Positions 18,327-32,699 of a stretch of DNA of 64,000 nucleotides are shown here, one piece after another; positions within the stretch are counted from its first letter, which is position 1; each line of letters starts with the position of its first letter. The DNA lies in NCBI GenBank assembly GCA_009914755.4, contig CP068257.2, forward strand, positions 31,648,001 to 31,712,000. The letters run 5' to 3'. Source of the stretch: the human T2T-CHM13v2.0 reference genome, Homo sapiens. The notes under the pieces are model-generated. The model saw only the letters and a program-made list of their open reading frames with translations, did no database searches and was not told the DNA's origin. The position numbers were made by a program, and so were the translations under genes.

Positions 18327-18660
18327 CCAGGTACAATGGCTCACTTCTGTAATCCCAGAACTTTGGGAGGCTGAAGTGGGAGGATCACTTGGGCCCAGGA
18401 GTTGAGACCATTCCAGGCAACATGGTGAGACCCCTTCTCTACAAAAAGTTTTAAAATTAGGCATGGTGGCATGTGTCTGTAGTCCCAGCTACTCAGGAGG
18501 CTGAGGTGGGAGGATAGCTTGAGCCCAGGAGGTCAAGACTGCAGTGAGCTATGTTCATGCCATTGCCCTCCGGCCCTGCCTGGGTGATGGAATGAGACCC
18601 TGTCAAAAAAAAAGAAAGAAAGAAAGGAAAGAAAAAAAAGAAAAGAAAGAGAAAAGGAAG
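18327..18660 (+). mobile_element. Alu (plus, older and diverged), with a (GAAA)n-like tail
   Basis: ggtacaatggctcacttctgtaatcccagaactttgggaggctgaagtgggaggatcacttgggcccaggagttgagaccattccaggcaacatggtgagacccc... Confidence 0.85.
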
Positions 18661-19038
18661 GGTATTAGGGTTCTCCAGAGAAACAGAACCAATAGAATGA
18701 ACATAGAGATTTATTTGAAGGAACTGTGAAGGCTGGCAAGTTCAAAAACTGCAGGGCAGACCAACAGGCTAGAGACCCAGGTAAGAGTGGATGTTTCAGC
18801 TTGAGCAAAAGCAGTCTGGAGGCAGAATTAACTCCTCCTCAAGGGACCTCAGGCTTCTTTTCTCTTAAGGCCTTCCTTCAAGTGATAGAAGTGAAACTCA
18901 CCCACATTATGGAGGGTAATCTGCTTTACTCAAAAATCTATGGATTTAAATGTTAATCTCATCTTTAAAAATACCTTCACACCAACATCAAGACTCGCAT
19001 TTTACCTAATCAGTCTAGCTGGTTGACACATAAAATTA

Positions 19039-19433
<395 letters not shown>

Positions 19434-20946
19434 TTATTTTTGAAATTGAATTTTAAGATCTTGTTACACTTTTTTAAAGAAAAAAGAAGTTATTATCCAG
19501 GGCACAGTACAGAGAAACAAAAGAATGGAAAATATGAGTGGTTAGGATACAAGCCTGAAAAATCAAGCTGCAAGCGTAGATAAGCAAGCTGGAAGCTTGC
19601 ACAGGTGAATGTGGCAGCTGTGCCAATAGAAAAGGGATACCTGGAAGCCAAGTACATCCAATATGGAGGTTCCTCCTCCCTTCTCTTTGTCGTCATGTGT
19701 GCAGGTGTCATGGTGCTGGCCAGGTAGAGACCCCATCTGCAGAATAAAAGATTAGGGTGGGATGGCCAGCCTCTTTGTGGGCTATGTAAATGGCACAGCT
19801 GGCCCAACCAATCCACTATGCCCTATATAAATCAAACACTGCCTCTTCAAGCTCATCTGTAAAACCAACCGTATCTTGCCCCAAACCCGGAAACCCACTC
19901 GGACCCACTCGCACTCCCTCCCTCTGCACAAGGAAGCTCTCTCTTCTTTCTTTCAACTATTGAACTTCCACTGTTAAACCCAGTTTTTGTGTGTCCATGT
20001 CTTCGATTTCCTGTGCCTGTGATTTCAATTTCCTTAGCATAAGACAATGAATCTTGGGTATTTCCCCAGACAAAGGATGCCACTTCACCAGGAAGTGACT
20101 AAGGGAAGAACACCTGTGGGAAAATGTCCAAGAATTCTGGGACCAGAAGGGGTTTCAGCAGAGCATCTGTGGGCCACCAATCAGACATTCTAGCAGAAAA
20201 CATATGTCCAGTTGGTTTGAAAGACTCCCTGAGGAGAAGACAGTGTAAGCCATCCTCACCCCCTTCCACCCTTCCTCCTCGCTCTTTCTGGCTGCCTCGC
20301 CTTGTTGAAAATATCTCACTTCCTTTTGGGGCTCCTGCCCCTCCCCTAACATACCTCCCACACCCATCCCCAGACTGGTTTAGCCTCCAGGGCACCTTTG
20401 TTCCTTCCTCTCACAACCATGGGTCTCAGCCGTAGCTGCACACTGTGGCCGCCAGGAGAGCTTTAGAAATGTGGATGCCCAGGCCTTACCATGACCAGTG
20501 AATTTCAGCTCTCTGCAGAGGGATTTTTGCATCAGCATTTTTTAAAGCTCCTAGGTGATTGCAGTTTGCAGTCAAGGTGGAGAACAGCTGCTGTAGCAGA
20601 GCAGTTATGATAGATTGAAAGGACGTGCTTACCTGCACTTCTGTGTGACCTTATGTTATCTGGCTTTCAAAGGGGTCGCTTTCTTTTAATACCCAGCTAA
20701 CTGACTCCACTCATTACCTTGTGCTTCCACAGGAAGATTTCTTTCCTGAGGGGTTGTGAGTGTCTCTGGGAAACATGCCCCAGGAATGCATCCTTCCCAT
20801 GCACTTCAGCCTTCTCGGCTGCTCACCACTGACCACCTGGGAAGCAATTCTCCAAGTTGCTACCCCTTTCTTTGTGCCTAATAAGATAATCCTAAGTAGC
20901 TGGTACAAAGAAATATTTGTTGAATTAATGAATAATAAATAATGAT

Positions 20947-21289
<343 letters not shown>

Positions 21290-22489
21290 TTAAACAGAGA
21301 GCTGTAAGTTAACAAATCACCATAAAACATATGCAAGCGAAAAACAAAAATAAAACAAATATGCAAAGTAAAAGAAAACAGTTATGTTCTGTACAGGATA
21401 TCCAGATGCTACAGTCTGGATGTTTGTGCCTCTCCAAAATTCGTATGTAGAAATCTTTAGGAGGTGGTGAATGGGATTAATGACCTCATAAAAGAGGAGC
21501 TGCCCATCTCTTCCACCATGTGAGGACACAGAGAAGGTGCCACCTATGAGGACAGGCCCTCACCAGACACTCAATCTGCTGATGCCGTTCTCAGAGGTGT
21601 TTGAACCAGAGCGACTCCATCTTGAAGAGGGGCTGGGTAAAGTATGGCTGAAACCTACTGGGCTACATTCCTTGGACAATTTCTGTTGTTTTGAACCACG
21701 CAGCTTGCGATCATTTGTTACTTCTGCCGCAGGAAACTTAATCCAGCACGGAAAGACTCTGTTGTTTTACCCTGACCAGTTCTAATATCTTCTTAGTATC
21801 TAAAATGGGGAAGAAGATGGGCAGAGGGTCATTCAGATTTATTTTACGGGAACTTAGTATCTTACTCTTCTCAGCAAGGGACTTAGCTGAGAATGACTGG
21901 GCATGCTGTCTCACTGTCCCATTTCCTGAACTCTCTAGTTCAGAAAATGCTGTTGCAAATCAACTTCCTTAAAAAACAAACGGGAAGTAAAAAACAAAGT
22001 CTATTTTATGAACTAGAGTCTCAGAGACTCAACATGATTTTTCTCCCTGAGTCAGGTCCATGGTTCTGTCTCCTGACCACCTCACCACTCCTGTTTGAAT
22101 CAAGCAGACACCAAACAATGTCTTTGTTTCCATGCCCATGAGAACTCTTAATTAAACAGCCACTGACTATTGGGCTGGCACTTTACGAGGTCAAATTTAT
22201 TGCTGTTGGATTGTGATAAAAAAGATAACCGGAAGGTTAAAGCTGTGGGAGTAATATCTCTGAGCAGGAGGAGTCATGGCAAGGACAGACTTTAAATTGG
22301 GTTAAACAATTCAATATAAACAGGAAACACAAGCCAGCTGCAGTTCCCCTCCTCTTGGCCTCTGCCTGGGGCCTGCCTGCTACTGGGCTGCCCCTGAGGG
22401 TCGCATTGCACACCTGCCCTATGGAGCTGATGGGGTGGGAGCGATAGCCAACCCTTACTTACTGCTTCCTATGTGCAGGTCTTGTTCTA

Positions 22490-22680
22490 AGCACTTTTAC
22501 ATTTTCATTTAATTCCCACAGCAACCCAGTTAAGCAGATACTATTATCTGCCTCATTTTTCAGATAAAGAAACTATGGCACAGAGAGGTTCAATCACTTA
22601 CCTAAGATCACACAGGCAAGAAGTGACAGAGCCAGGACTTGAACCCAAGTGGTCTGGCTCCAGACTCAATCATCTAAGAT
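22490..22680 (+). mobile_element. MIR SINE
   Basis: ctgcctcatttttcagataaagaaactatggcacagagaggttcaatcacttacctaagatcacacaggcaagaagtgacagagccaggacttgaacccaagtggtctggctcc matches the MIR core (acagatgaggaaactgaggctcagagaggttaagtgacttgcccaaggtcacacagctagtaagtggcagagctgggattcgaacccag). Confidence 0.75.
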
Positions 22681-24118
22681 AGCCACCCATGATCCCCACC
22701 TCCTGGTAGCCACACCCTTGAGTAATCCCTTCCTCTTGAGTGTGGACAGTGCCAATGACCTGCTTCTACCCATGGAAAGCGACACAGGTGACAGGATGCT
22801 GTCTTAGATTCCATAGGATTGTAATTCTCATCTTGCCAGCAGACTCTCTCTGTTGCCTTCTTGGACAGCACACTTGCATGAAGCAAGCTGCCATATTGGA
22901 GAAGTCACATGGCTAGGACCTGAGGATGCCTCCTCCAGCCAACAACGAACAGGGAATCGAGGTTCTCAATCCAACAGCAACAGGGTGAGGCACTGTTCTA
23001 AAAACAAGAGGCTGGAGCTCAAGGTGGACTTTCAGCGATTCCCTGCTCCTCATCCAGGGAGCTGCCAATCAGGCATAAGTCACGCCCCTTCTGCCAGGCA
23101 GGAGACTTCTTTCATTTCTAGGGAAATGGAAGCTGGGGGTTCCCCGATGACTGCTCCATGCGGGAGTGCCAAGGCTGGGCCCCCTTGCGTTAACTTCAGG
23201 CAACTCTGAATCATCATCCATCTCCAACTTCTCCCTCTGCCCAATCCTACTTTCCTCACTCCTTACAAGTGTTGTCCCCAAGAGCATTTCCAGATGAATT
23301 TCCCACATGCAAATTTTCCTTCCAGAGTGTGTTTCCAGGGAACCCAGCCTAATCTAGAGATCTTGGGAAGACCTGTTGCCGCAGAGTGATGACAATAAAG
23401 TCTAGACTTCATGGTATTGAGGAGTGAACAGGAGGGTGTGGAGAAGCTGGGACAGCAGGTGTAGCCAACTCCTTTGAGAAGGACGGCTTTTGGGCTCAGA
23501 AGAAGTGTGACAGTGTCTGGAAGGGGCAAGAAGAAAGTCGAGGGGGGGATATTTCAGGTGAGTGATATTACACCACCATGGTATACTGTCGCCTGAGGCC
23601 TGTAGACAGGAAATGAGGAGTCCGGCTCCTAGTTAGAATCCCAGGGCTGGTTTTTCAGGACTGACCCTGGGCAACTTTAAGGCTGTACCAAGGAGGCCTC
23701 ACAGGGAGGCTCCCTCTCCAGACCAGAACTGGCATAGCCAGTGCACTGCAGTCCCTGGAGGGAGCTGCGGTCAAGGTCTCAGGCCCCTGCTGACCATGCT
23801 CTTATGCACACCTGTGTTCCCAGCCTTGCACGTGTGCCCAAGGCCTTCTTCAGGCACCTCAACTAAGGCCTCCTTATTCTCAGGGAGTAGGGAAGGGGGA
23901 GCCACGAAGACATTGTTATCCTCTCTGACTCAGTTCTTTCCTACTCCTGGCCCTGTCCTCTCTCCCTCCCGCTAGTTCCCGGGTCCATAAAACTACAGAA
24001 GCCTCAACAGAGAGATGACCTTCACCCCCACATCTATACTGATTACTTGACTCTTGACTGGAGCTCTGTTGCGGGGAGGGTGGAATCCTCTTGCTTCTGC
24101 CCCTGCAGTGAGTGATGA

Positions 24119-24554
<436 letters not shown>

Positions 24555-25900
24555 TGACCAGACCTACAGCCCCCGCTCTGGCCTTTGGCAGGAGGAGGGA
24601 TACTCCCGAGGTTGTCACTGGAGAGAACACAGGCCAGGGACAGGCAGTTGATCCCACTAAGGGGGTGAGGGGTTAAGGAAGCCTGGTGTCTTCTATGTTC
24701 CTGGCAAAGTATAGGTCATCAACAAAGGGAGGGAAGAGAGGGGCTTGGGAGGAAATGAGTAGGATGGAGCAGCTCCCTAGGGGAATGAGAAAGTGAGCCC
24801 ACCTGACCAGGCAGAGGGCTGATGGGGCAGTGCCAGAGCCCGCTAGAAAACCAGTGACAGAAAAGCTGCAAGGTGCCCAGCTTGGTGACCAGCCAGTAGC
24901 AGGGTCTGCAAGATGGCTGGCTCCTCCTTCCCAGCACAATGAGCATTTCTGCCACGGCGGGGACAGCACAGCACAGCGCTGTTGGCCAGGAAGGGGGCTG
25001 AAGAAGAGCCCTCCCAGGGGGAATGTTGGCATTGTTGCTCTGTTTCTAGTTTCCACAGCAGTCTGGAGGAAAAAAGGACCCAGCCTGAAGATGCATCAAA
25101 AAGTGATTGACACTAAGCCCAGTTGAACAGCCAAAGCCTGAAGGCAGGGAAATTCAAACACCGAGTCAGCCGGCAAAGTACAAGCCATGCTGACTCGGCC
25201 TGCTGAGCCATCAGCAGGATGGCTGGATTACCGCTGATCCAGCCAATATCCATCCAGAGATTACACACCGTCCCTCAAGGTGCAATCGCGGTTTCTTTTT
25301 CTTCTGGTTCTTTCTTCAGCACCAGCTAACAGAGCATCACTGATACTGTTTTCCTGAAAGCTTGCAAGGATCCCAAATGGGCTGCCCTGAAAGGCCCCCT
25401 ACCTTTGAGCATGCGCACTCTCCTGGGGATTTTGTGAGTTCCCCAGCTCCCAAGTATACACAGAGCCAGATCTACAGTAGCAGACGCCTCATCATTGCAG
25501 GTCTGAATGGCCAGGAAGACATGAAATTGATGTTTCAGTTGACTGAATTGATCAGCACTTTTGTAATCAGTTAAACCAAGCCAGTTCCTTCTTCAAACAA
25601 GCAGTTACAAAATGGCTTTTATTGGTGGCATCACAAACACTATGTGATTAGTCATTGTCTTGTCTCAGGCTGTACTATCAAGATAAGACATTCAAACAGC
25701 GTTATTTTCCTAAAGATCGTAAGACTAAGGACACAAAAAAAGCAAAACTGGCTGGTTAGAGCCAATAACCTCCACAGTTCCTTACATAATGAGCAAAGGC
25801 TGTCCAAAAAAGGTAAAGAGCCTATTCTACTATTCTATGTAGATAAGGTCTCGTGGGAGGAAGTACCATCTCCTATCCCTGGTTCTAAGTCTTCAACTGT

Positions 25901-26216
<316 letters not shown>

Positions 26217-26593
26217 TGATCACCTACACTGGTAAGCAAAGGTCACTCTCACTTCCTAGGTCATGACCTATCAATAGGTCAGAGTCCTAACGGGAAACCC
26301 ATGACACACTCCAACAGAGTAACTGAGAAAGGCATAATGAAGGATCTTATTGTAGCAGCGTAGGCAGGGTGAAGGGAAACCAAAAAACAATACAGTAGCA
26401 ATAGTGGGAAGCTCACTAGCTCTAGGCCTGTTGGGAGGCAGGGGAGGAGCCATTACCCTGGAGAGCACAGGGGTCAGCCACACAGCCCACTAATGGAGAC
26501 CCTGCAGGAAGAGAGCACACCTCATTGTCCCCCACCCTCTGATCTTGGGCTGATGCCTCCCACTGGTGGAACCCACCCAAAGTCAGAGGGTAA

Positions 26594-26915
<322 letters not shown>

Positions 26916-27346
26916 ATTTTTGATGCATTTTATACAAGAAGTCTCCCAGGGCATGGAACAGGGCAGGCCCAGAGAAGAATGGATCTGGAGAGGCAGATGG
27001 AAGGCCTACAGCACCCAGGGAAGCAATATGAGAAAAGAATATAAGAACAGAGACTGTGACAAAGCAAATTTAGATCCACAACATTGACATTTTTATAAAA
27101 AGGTTTTTGGAGGTTTATACTGAAAAGTTTTGTAACAATTATATTCATGTGTATCAGATTTGTAAGGTGTTCAAACCATTTTAACATATCCATTTGGCTT
27201 ATAATTTTCATTACATTTTTAGTTTGAAAGAGTTTAATTGATTAAATTTTTAATCATTGTTTAAATACTCGAGGAACCCTAGTTTGTAAAATTCTAGTTT
27301 TTGATATAATAGTTATCTGAGCAGAATGTGAATTTACATCATTGGG

Positions 27347-27611
27347 TTTTTGGGGGGTGGGGTTGTTTGGAGTGCAGTGGTGCGATCATGGCTCACTGCA
27401 GCCTGGACCCCACTGGGACCCAGCGGTCCTCCTGCCTCAGCCTTCCAAGTAGCTGGGACTACAGGTTCATGCCACCATGCCCAGATAATTTTTTTTACTT
27501 GCTTTGTAGAGATGGGGTCTCACTTTGTTGCCCAGGCTGGTCTTGAACTCCTGGGCTCAAGCAATCCTCCTGCCTTGACTTTCCAAAATGCTGGGAGTCA
27601 CCACACCCAGC
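27347..27611 (-). mobile_element. Alu (minus; old and diverged)
   Basis: ...ggagtgcagtggtgcgatcatggctcactgcagcctggaccccactgggacccagcggtcctcctgcctcagccttccaagtagctgggactacaggttcatgccaccatgcccag... Confidence 0.8.
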
Positions 27612-28654
27612 CCAACAACATTGTTAGCTGTTTAAAAACAATGATTTAGTGTGGGTTCCCTTCAGTGTGTAAAAATTATTAAAATCGGGTAAGTTTAGCA
27701 TCTGTGGGAGCCAGGAGGGAGCTAAGCGCCTGGTAACCTTCCACTTCTTCTTTCCCTAATTTAGATCATGTCATTCCTCTGCTAAAATCTCCATCATGGC
27801 TTCCTATCTGGCCCAGAATAAAGCCCAAATCCTTGCCAGAGGCTGCAGGCCCCACCGACTACTCCCCTGGCCTCCATTCCTCTGCACCCCTTCTCTCCTC
27901 ATTCTGCAGGGGCTCAGCCTACTTGCTGTGCTTGTGTGGAGACAAACGTGACTGCATCTTGGATGCTAATCCACCATGTTGACTTCTGATTCACCCCAGT
28001 CCCTGAAGTCCTCCTGATTCCTACTTTATTTACTGTCCTTAGTGTAAGAACATGTACTCGCTACAAATCCTGCCTTGAGATCAAAGCAACCATAATACTA
28101 TCACACCAAGTACAGGCTATGACGCACATAGCAGTCTTGCCTGTTCTGGACAGTGGTCTTTCATTGACTCTTTGGAGTATGTACCCTCTTTCCCTCTAGT
28201 ATATAATCTCTGGGTCTGAGGGTAACCATGAGAAATCCCTTTGTCTTGCAGCTGCCCAAGACCATGCTTCTGTCTGTGAGTTCCCCAATAAACCACCCTT
28301 TACCGACAAACTGAATTTGTCTTCCTTGTTCTTCGGTTTCTCAGCTCCTTTGGCATTTGGGGGCCTTTTTGCATATAGGGCCCTTTCACGGAACAGCCTG
28401 GGATGTGCCAGAGACACATCTGTCTCAGAGCCCGTGCATATGCTCTTCCCTAAGCATGGATCACTTTCTATTTACACAGCCCTCTCCTTGTGTCATTGCG
28501 TCCAGTGTCTCTTTCTTAGAGAGGCCCTCTCCCTTGCTGTCTCTTGTCCCTCTTTCTTTTTCTTCATAGTATGTAGCATTACTTGACATCATAATATTTC
28601 GATTCAATTCAACAAATATTTTTTGTTCACACATTTGTCCTTGTCCACACTAGA

Positions 28655-28795
28655 TTGTAGGCTCCAGGAGAGCACAGACATTGTATATTTCATTCACTCC
28701 TGGATCCCCAGCCCTTAGAACAGTGCTTGGTGCTTAATAGATGGCTCAAGATCTATTTGTTGAATGCATGGATGTATGAGTGAATGAATGAATGC
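28655..28795 (+). mobile_element. MIR 3'-end fragment
   Basis: ...cagtgcttggtgcttaatagatggctcaagatctatttgttgaatgcatggatgtatgagtgaatgaatgaatg (MIR 3' consensus ...cagtgcctggcacatagtaggtgctcaataaatatttgttgaatgaatgaa). Confidence 0.65.
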
Positions 28796-29479
28796 TCAGG
28801 ATCTTTCAGTAAATCCGTGGCTGACTCATGCCCAGAGTTCAGGTCTTCTATGTTCCTTTCATTGATAGCTGCATTGCCTTCCAGGATTTCCCATCTTTCA
28901 GATTTCCAGAAATTATGTATACATATATACTGTGCCCTCTCAGCTGATGGCTTCCTTTTCCTTTCTTCACAGCTCTCTGGCATCAATTTTTCCACTTCTC
29001 AGAAACACTTTGGCCCACAAATTCCCAAAGGAACCTTGTTCTTCATTCTGGAAAACACGATGCCAACATATCAGAATAAAGGACAGATAGGAGCTTTTGC
29101 TTCAAAGTGAATCACTTCATGGATGTTAAAGTGTCCTGAAAGATTCTAAACTTCACAACTTTTGATAGTAACGGTACTATATTTGCAACATATTTGCATA
29201 TATTAATTGTTATATCTGAAAAGCATGAGATTGCTGTTTTATAAAATTAAATGAAGTAAGTTAATATTTTATTGCTAGGTATAAGAACTGCTGATGAGGA
29301 CATCTATAGAAGTAGAAAATTCTAAATGTCCTACCATCACCAATAAGAAACTTTTGACAGTCCCGTAGATACAATATAATCACATGGAAAACTGTATACA
29401 GTATATTGTATGTGAAGATCCCACAAAAAGAATAGGGACTGTAGGAAATATAATCATCTAAGCTACGGGTAAGAAGAAC

Positions 29480-29690
29480 ATCAAGATTCTTTAAAGCAAT
29501 GGCTCTCAAAGTGTGTTTCCTAGACCAGCAGCATCAGCACCACATGAAAGCTTAGGAATGCAAACTCTCCAGCCCCGCCTTGGGCCTACTGGCTCAGCAA
29601 CTGTGAGGGAGAGGTCTGTATTTTCATCTATGTTATAACAGGTCCTTGGGTGACTCCAATAAACACTAAAGTTGGCAAACCATTGCCTTT
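29480..29690. mobile_element. DNA-transposon relic with the MER5/hAT-Charlie-like signature (name from memory, uncertain)
   Basis: aatggctctcaaagtgtgtttcctagaccagcagcatcagcaccacatgaaagcttaggaatgcaaactctccagccccgccttgggcctactg... Confidence 0.4.
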
Positions 29691-30654
29691 AAGGGTGCAT
29701 AAGGTGTTAATTTAGTACAAAATTTGCAGTTTTCTGTGTTGTTGTGACTTTCTATTTTTGCAGGAGTAGAAAAGTACCCCATTGCAGTAGAGATAAGTGG
29801 ATCTGAAACCCCAACAGCAGCTGAAGAGGTTCTTTATGACAGCTGGAACCTGCACTCCAGTTGCCCTTGCACGTTTGTGGTTTAGCAGTCCCAGAGACAA
29901 ATCTGCCACTTCTGGCTTGCATCCAACAAAAGTGCAGCTGTTCATCATTAGGAGATGTTGGCTGATGTACATAGACATGTAAGAAAGATTCAAAGCGTCA
30001 TGGATGGATCACCAATAACACCAGCATATGCAAGACCAGAGGAGAGTGTGTGATCCAGGTCCTAGGATTGACAAATGAGGACTCAGTCCCTACTTGGGTT
30101 GGTGTTTTATTTTGACTTTTTTCTGAAACAGCAGAGAAGCTTACCAAATAATCACAAGGAGATAAGAAAGTGTTTACATTTGTTTCAGTTGCTCTTCACT
30201 GCCTCCTTATGACCAACACTCACAATTCTATGGTCTTAGCAGTTGCACTAAGAAGTCAGAAGAACCTGCTATTGTGGGTTCATAATCTTTTATTACCTTT
30301 CACTGAGAAACAATTTATACTACTAAACAAGATATCAGTTATGATGCTCAAGATTTTAAGTGCCTTTTGAACTAAAAACAAACAAAAAAATTGTGACCTG
30401 CATATAATGTAAATGGTTTATCTTCAAGTCAAAAGCCACAGGTTTACCTCTGCAGCTTTACTCTTTCCTAAACATTGCTTTCGTGTATTGCTTATGCATG
30501 CTTTCTGCGTCCCAAAAAGTATGTAGAGAATAACAGTTTAAGTCCTCCAGATGAGTTACTACCTCTACTACATGTTTCATTCTCATTACATGTTGCATTG
30601 CTTATTAATATCTGTGTTTTGTAGTGGACTTCATGAGGACAGGTAATGTTACCA

Positions 30655-31030
30655 ACTGAATTGTGTACCCCCAAAATTCACATGTTGAAACCCTAATCCC
30701 CAATGTGACTGTATTTGAAGTAGGGCCTACAGCAGGTAATTAAGGTTAAATGAGGTCATAAGGGTGGGGCCCTGAATCGATGAGATTAGTGTCCTTATAA
30801 GAAGAAACAGCAGAGACCTTGTTCTCTCCACCATATGAGGACACAGTGAGAATGTAGCCATCTGTGAGCAGGAAGGGAGGCCTCACCAGGATCCAAATGA
30901 GCCAGAACCTTAATCTTGGACTTCTCACCCTGCAGAACTGTGAGAAAATAAATTTCTGTTGTTTAAGCCACATAATTTGTGGTATTTTGTTATGGCGGCC
31001 TGAGCAGACTAATACAGATACCATGTCTAT
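30655..31030 (+). mobile_element. MaLR-type LTR (MST/MLT1-like)
   Basis: gtgtacccccaaaattcacatgttgaaaccctaatccccaatgtgactgtatttgaagtagggcc...ctccaccatatgaggacacagtgagaatgtagccatctgtgagcaggaagggaggcctcaccagg...cagaactgtgagaaaataaatttctgttgtttaagccacataatttgtggtattttgttatggcggcctgagcagactaatacag (canonical MaLR LTR 3' end). Confidence 0.55.
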
Positions 31031-31575
31031 CTTGTTCATTATCCTATCTTCTGTGTTATAGTTTATCAAATATATGTTTAGTAAGATGCATCCTAGTTAG
31101 AAGGCATTGAACTTGGGCTTAAATAACTGCTGCATCGTGTTACATTTCCAGGATTTTTTCTCTCTTTCATGAACTCTGTGAAGAAATTTTACTTAGAAAA
31201 AACTGACACTGTCATTGGCATTACAAGAGGTGCTCTACAGGACTTGTGTGACCCACAGTAATCCTGCAAAAAAGCCATGTCATCCACTCATGGACAGATT
31301 TAAGCTTAAAATTCTTCCAGAGTTTGCAATGGGATATCTCCCTTTATCTTCTCTGTGGTACAGAGACAGTTTTCTGTTAATTTCCACATAAGGGCTTTCC
31401 ATGAACATGGTAAACAAAAAAGGGAGAAAGCAACAAGTTATAGCACTCTGAGTAGGTAGGTTTCATGAGAGCAGAGAGGTGATCAGGAAGGCAGAGATGT
31501 GAACAGACCAGATGTCTTGGGGGCTCAAGACCAGTATACATGGTGTGGGAACAAATATTAAGTCTTTTATTTTTA

Positions 31576-32050
<475 letters not shown>

Positions 32051-32699
32051 CCTTTAAAATCCCTTTTTAAATGTCTATAAAAGGCATCCTTTTCAAATGT
32101 TTATTTTGTATGTGATTTACGATGTGCATAAAAATATGTGCAGTAATATGCGTATTTAGCTTATAGATAAATAACAATACACCTACTGGGAATGCATGAT
32201 CAACGTTGTTGTTTTCCTACTGGAATTATGTAATAAAAAATATCTAAAGGCTGCTGTTCTTGACTCAGGTATGACAGAAAGGTGGAAACAAAACGAGGAG
32301 GTACAAACACTAATGGGTTAATTAAAAGTCAGTCAACAGAATAGCAGTGGCAAAAAGCTTCCCACACTCCTCTGCTGCCTGCCTCTCCCCTTCCTGAGGC
32401 AGTCAGGCATTTGTCTAAGTCACCCTTAGGCAAAAAATTATAGATCTGTTCTTCTCAATAATTGAATTAACCACCCTGGCAATATTACTGCACTCTTCAG
32501 TAGGCCAAAGGGAAGAGTTCACCATTCTGGCAGTTGGTGTCCACAATCTTGCAATGTCTCACACCCTACTTCCCTACTTATCCTACAGGGATGCTTCCAG
32601 AGATAAGTTCTGCCTCAAAAACACATGTCTTCATTTTCTTGAGAAAGACTCTGTTAATACTAGCTACCTAAAAAAAATCAACCTGCTGTCTCCTTTAAA

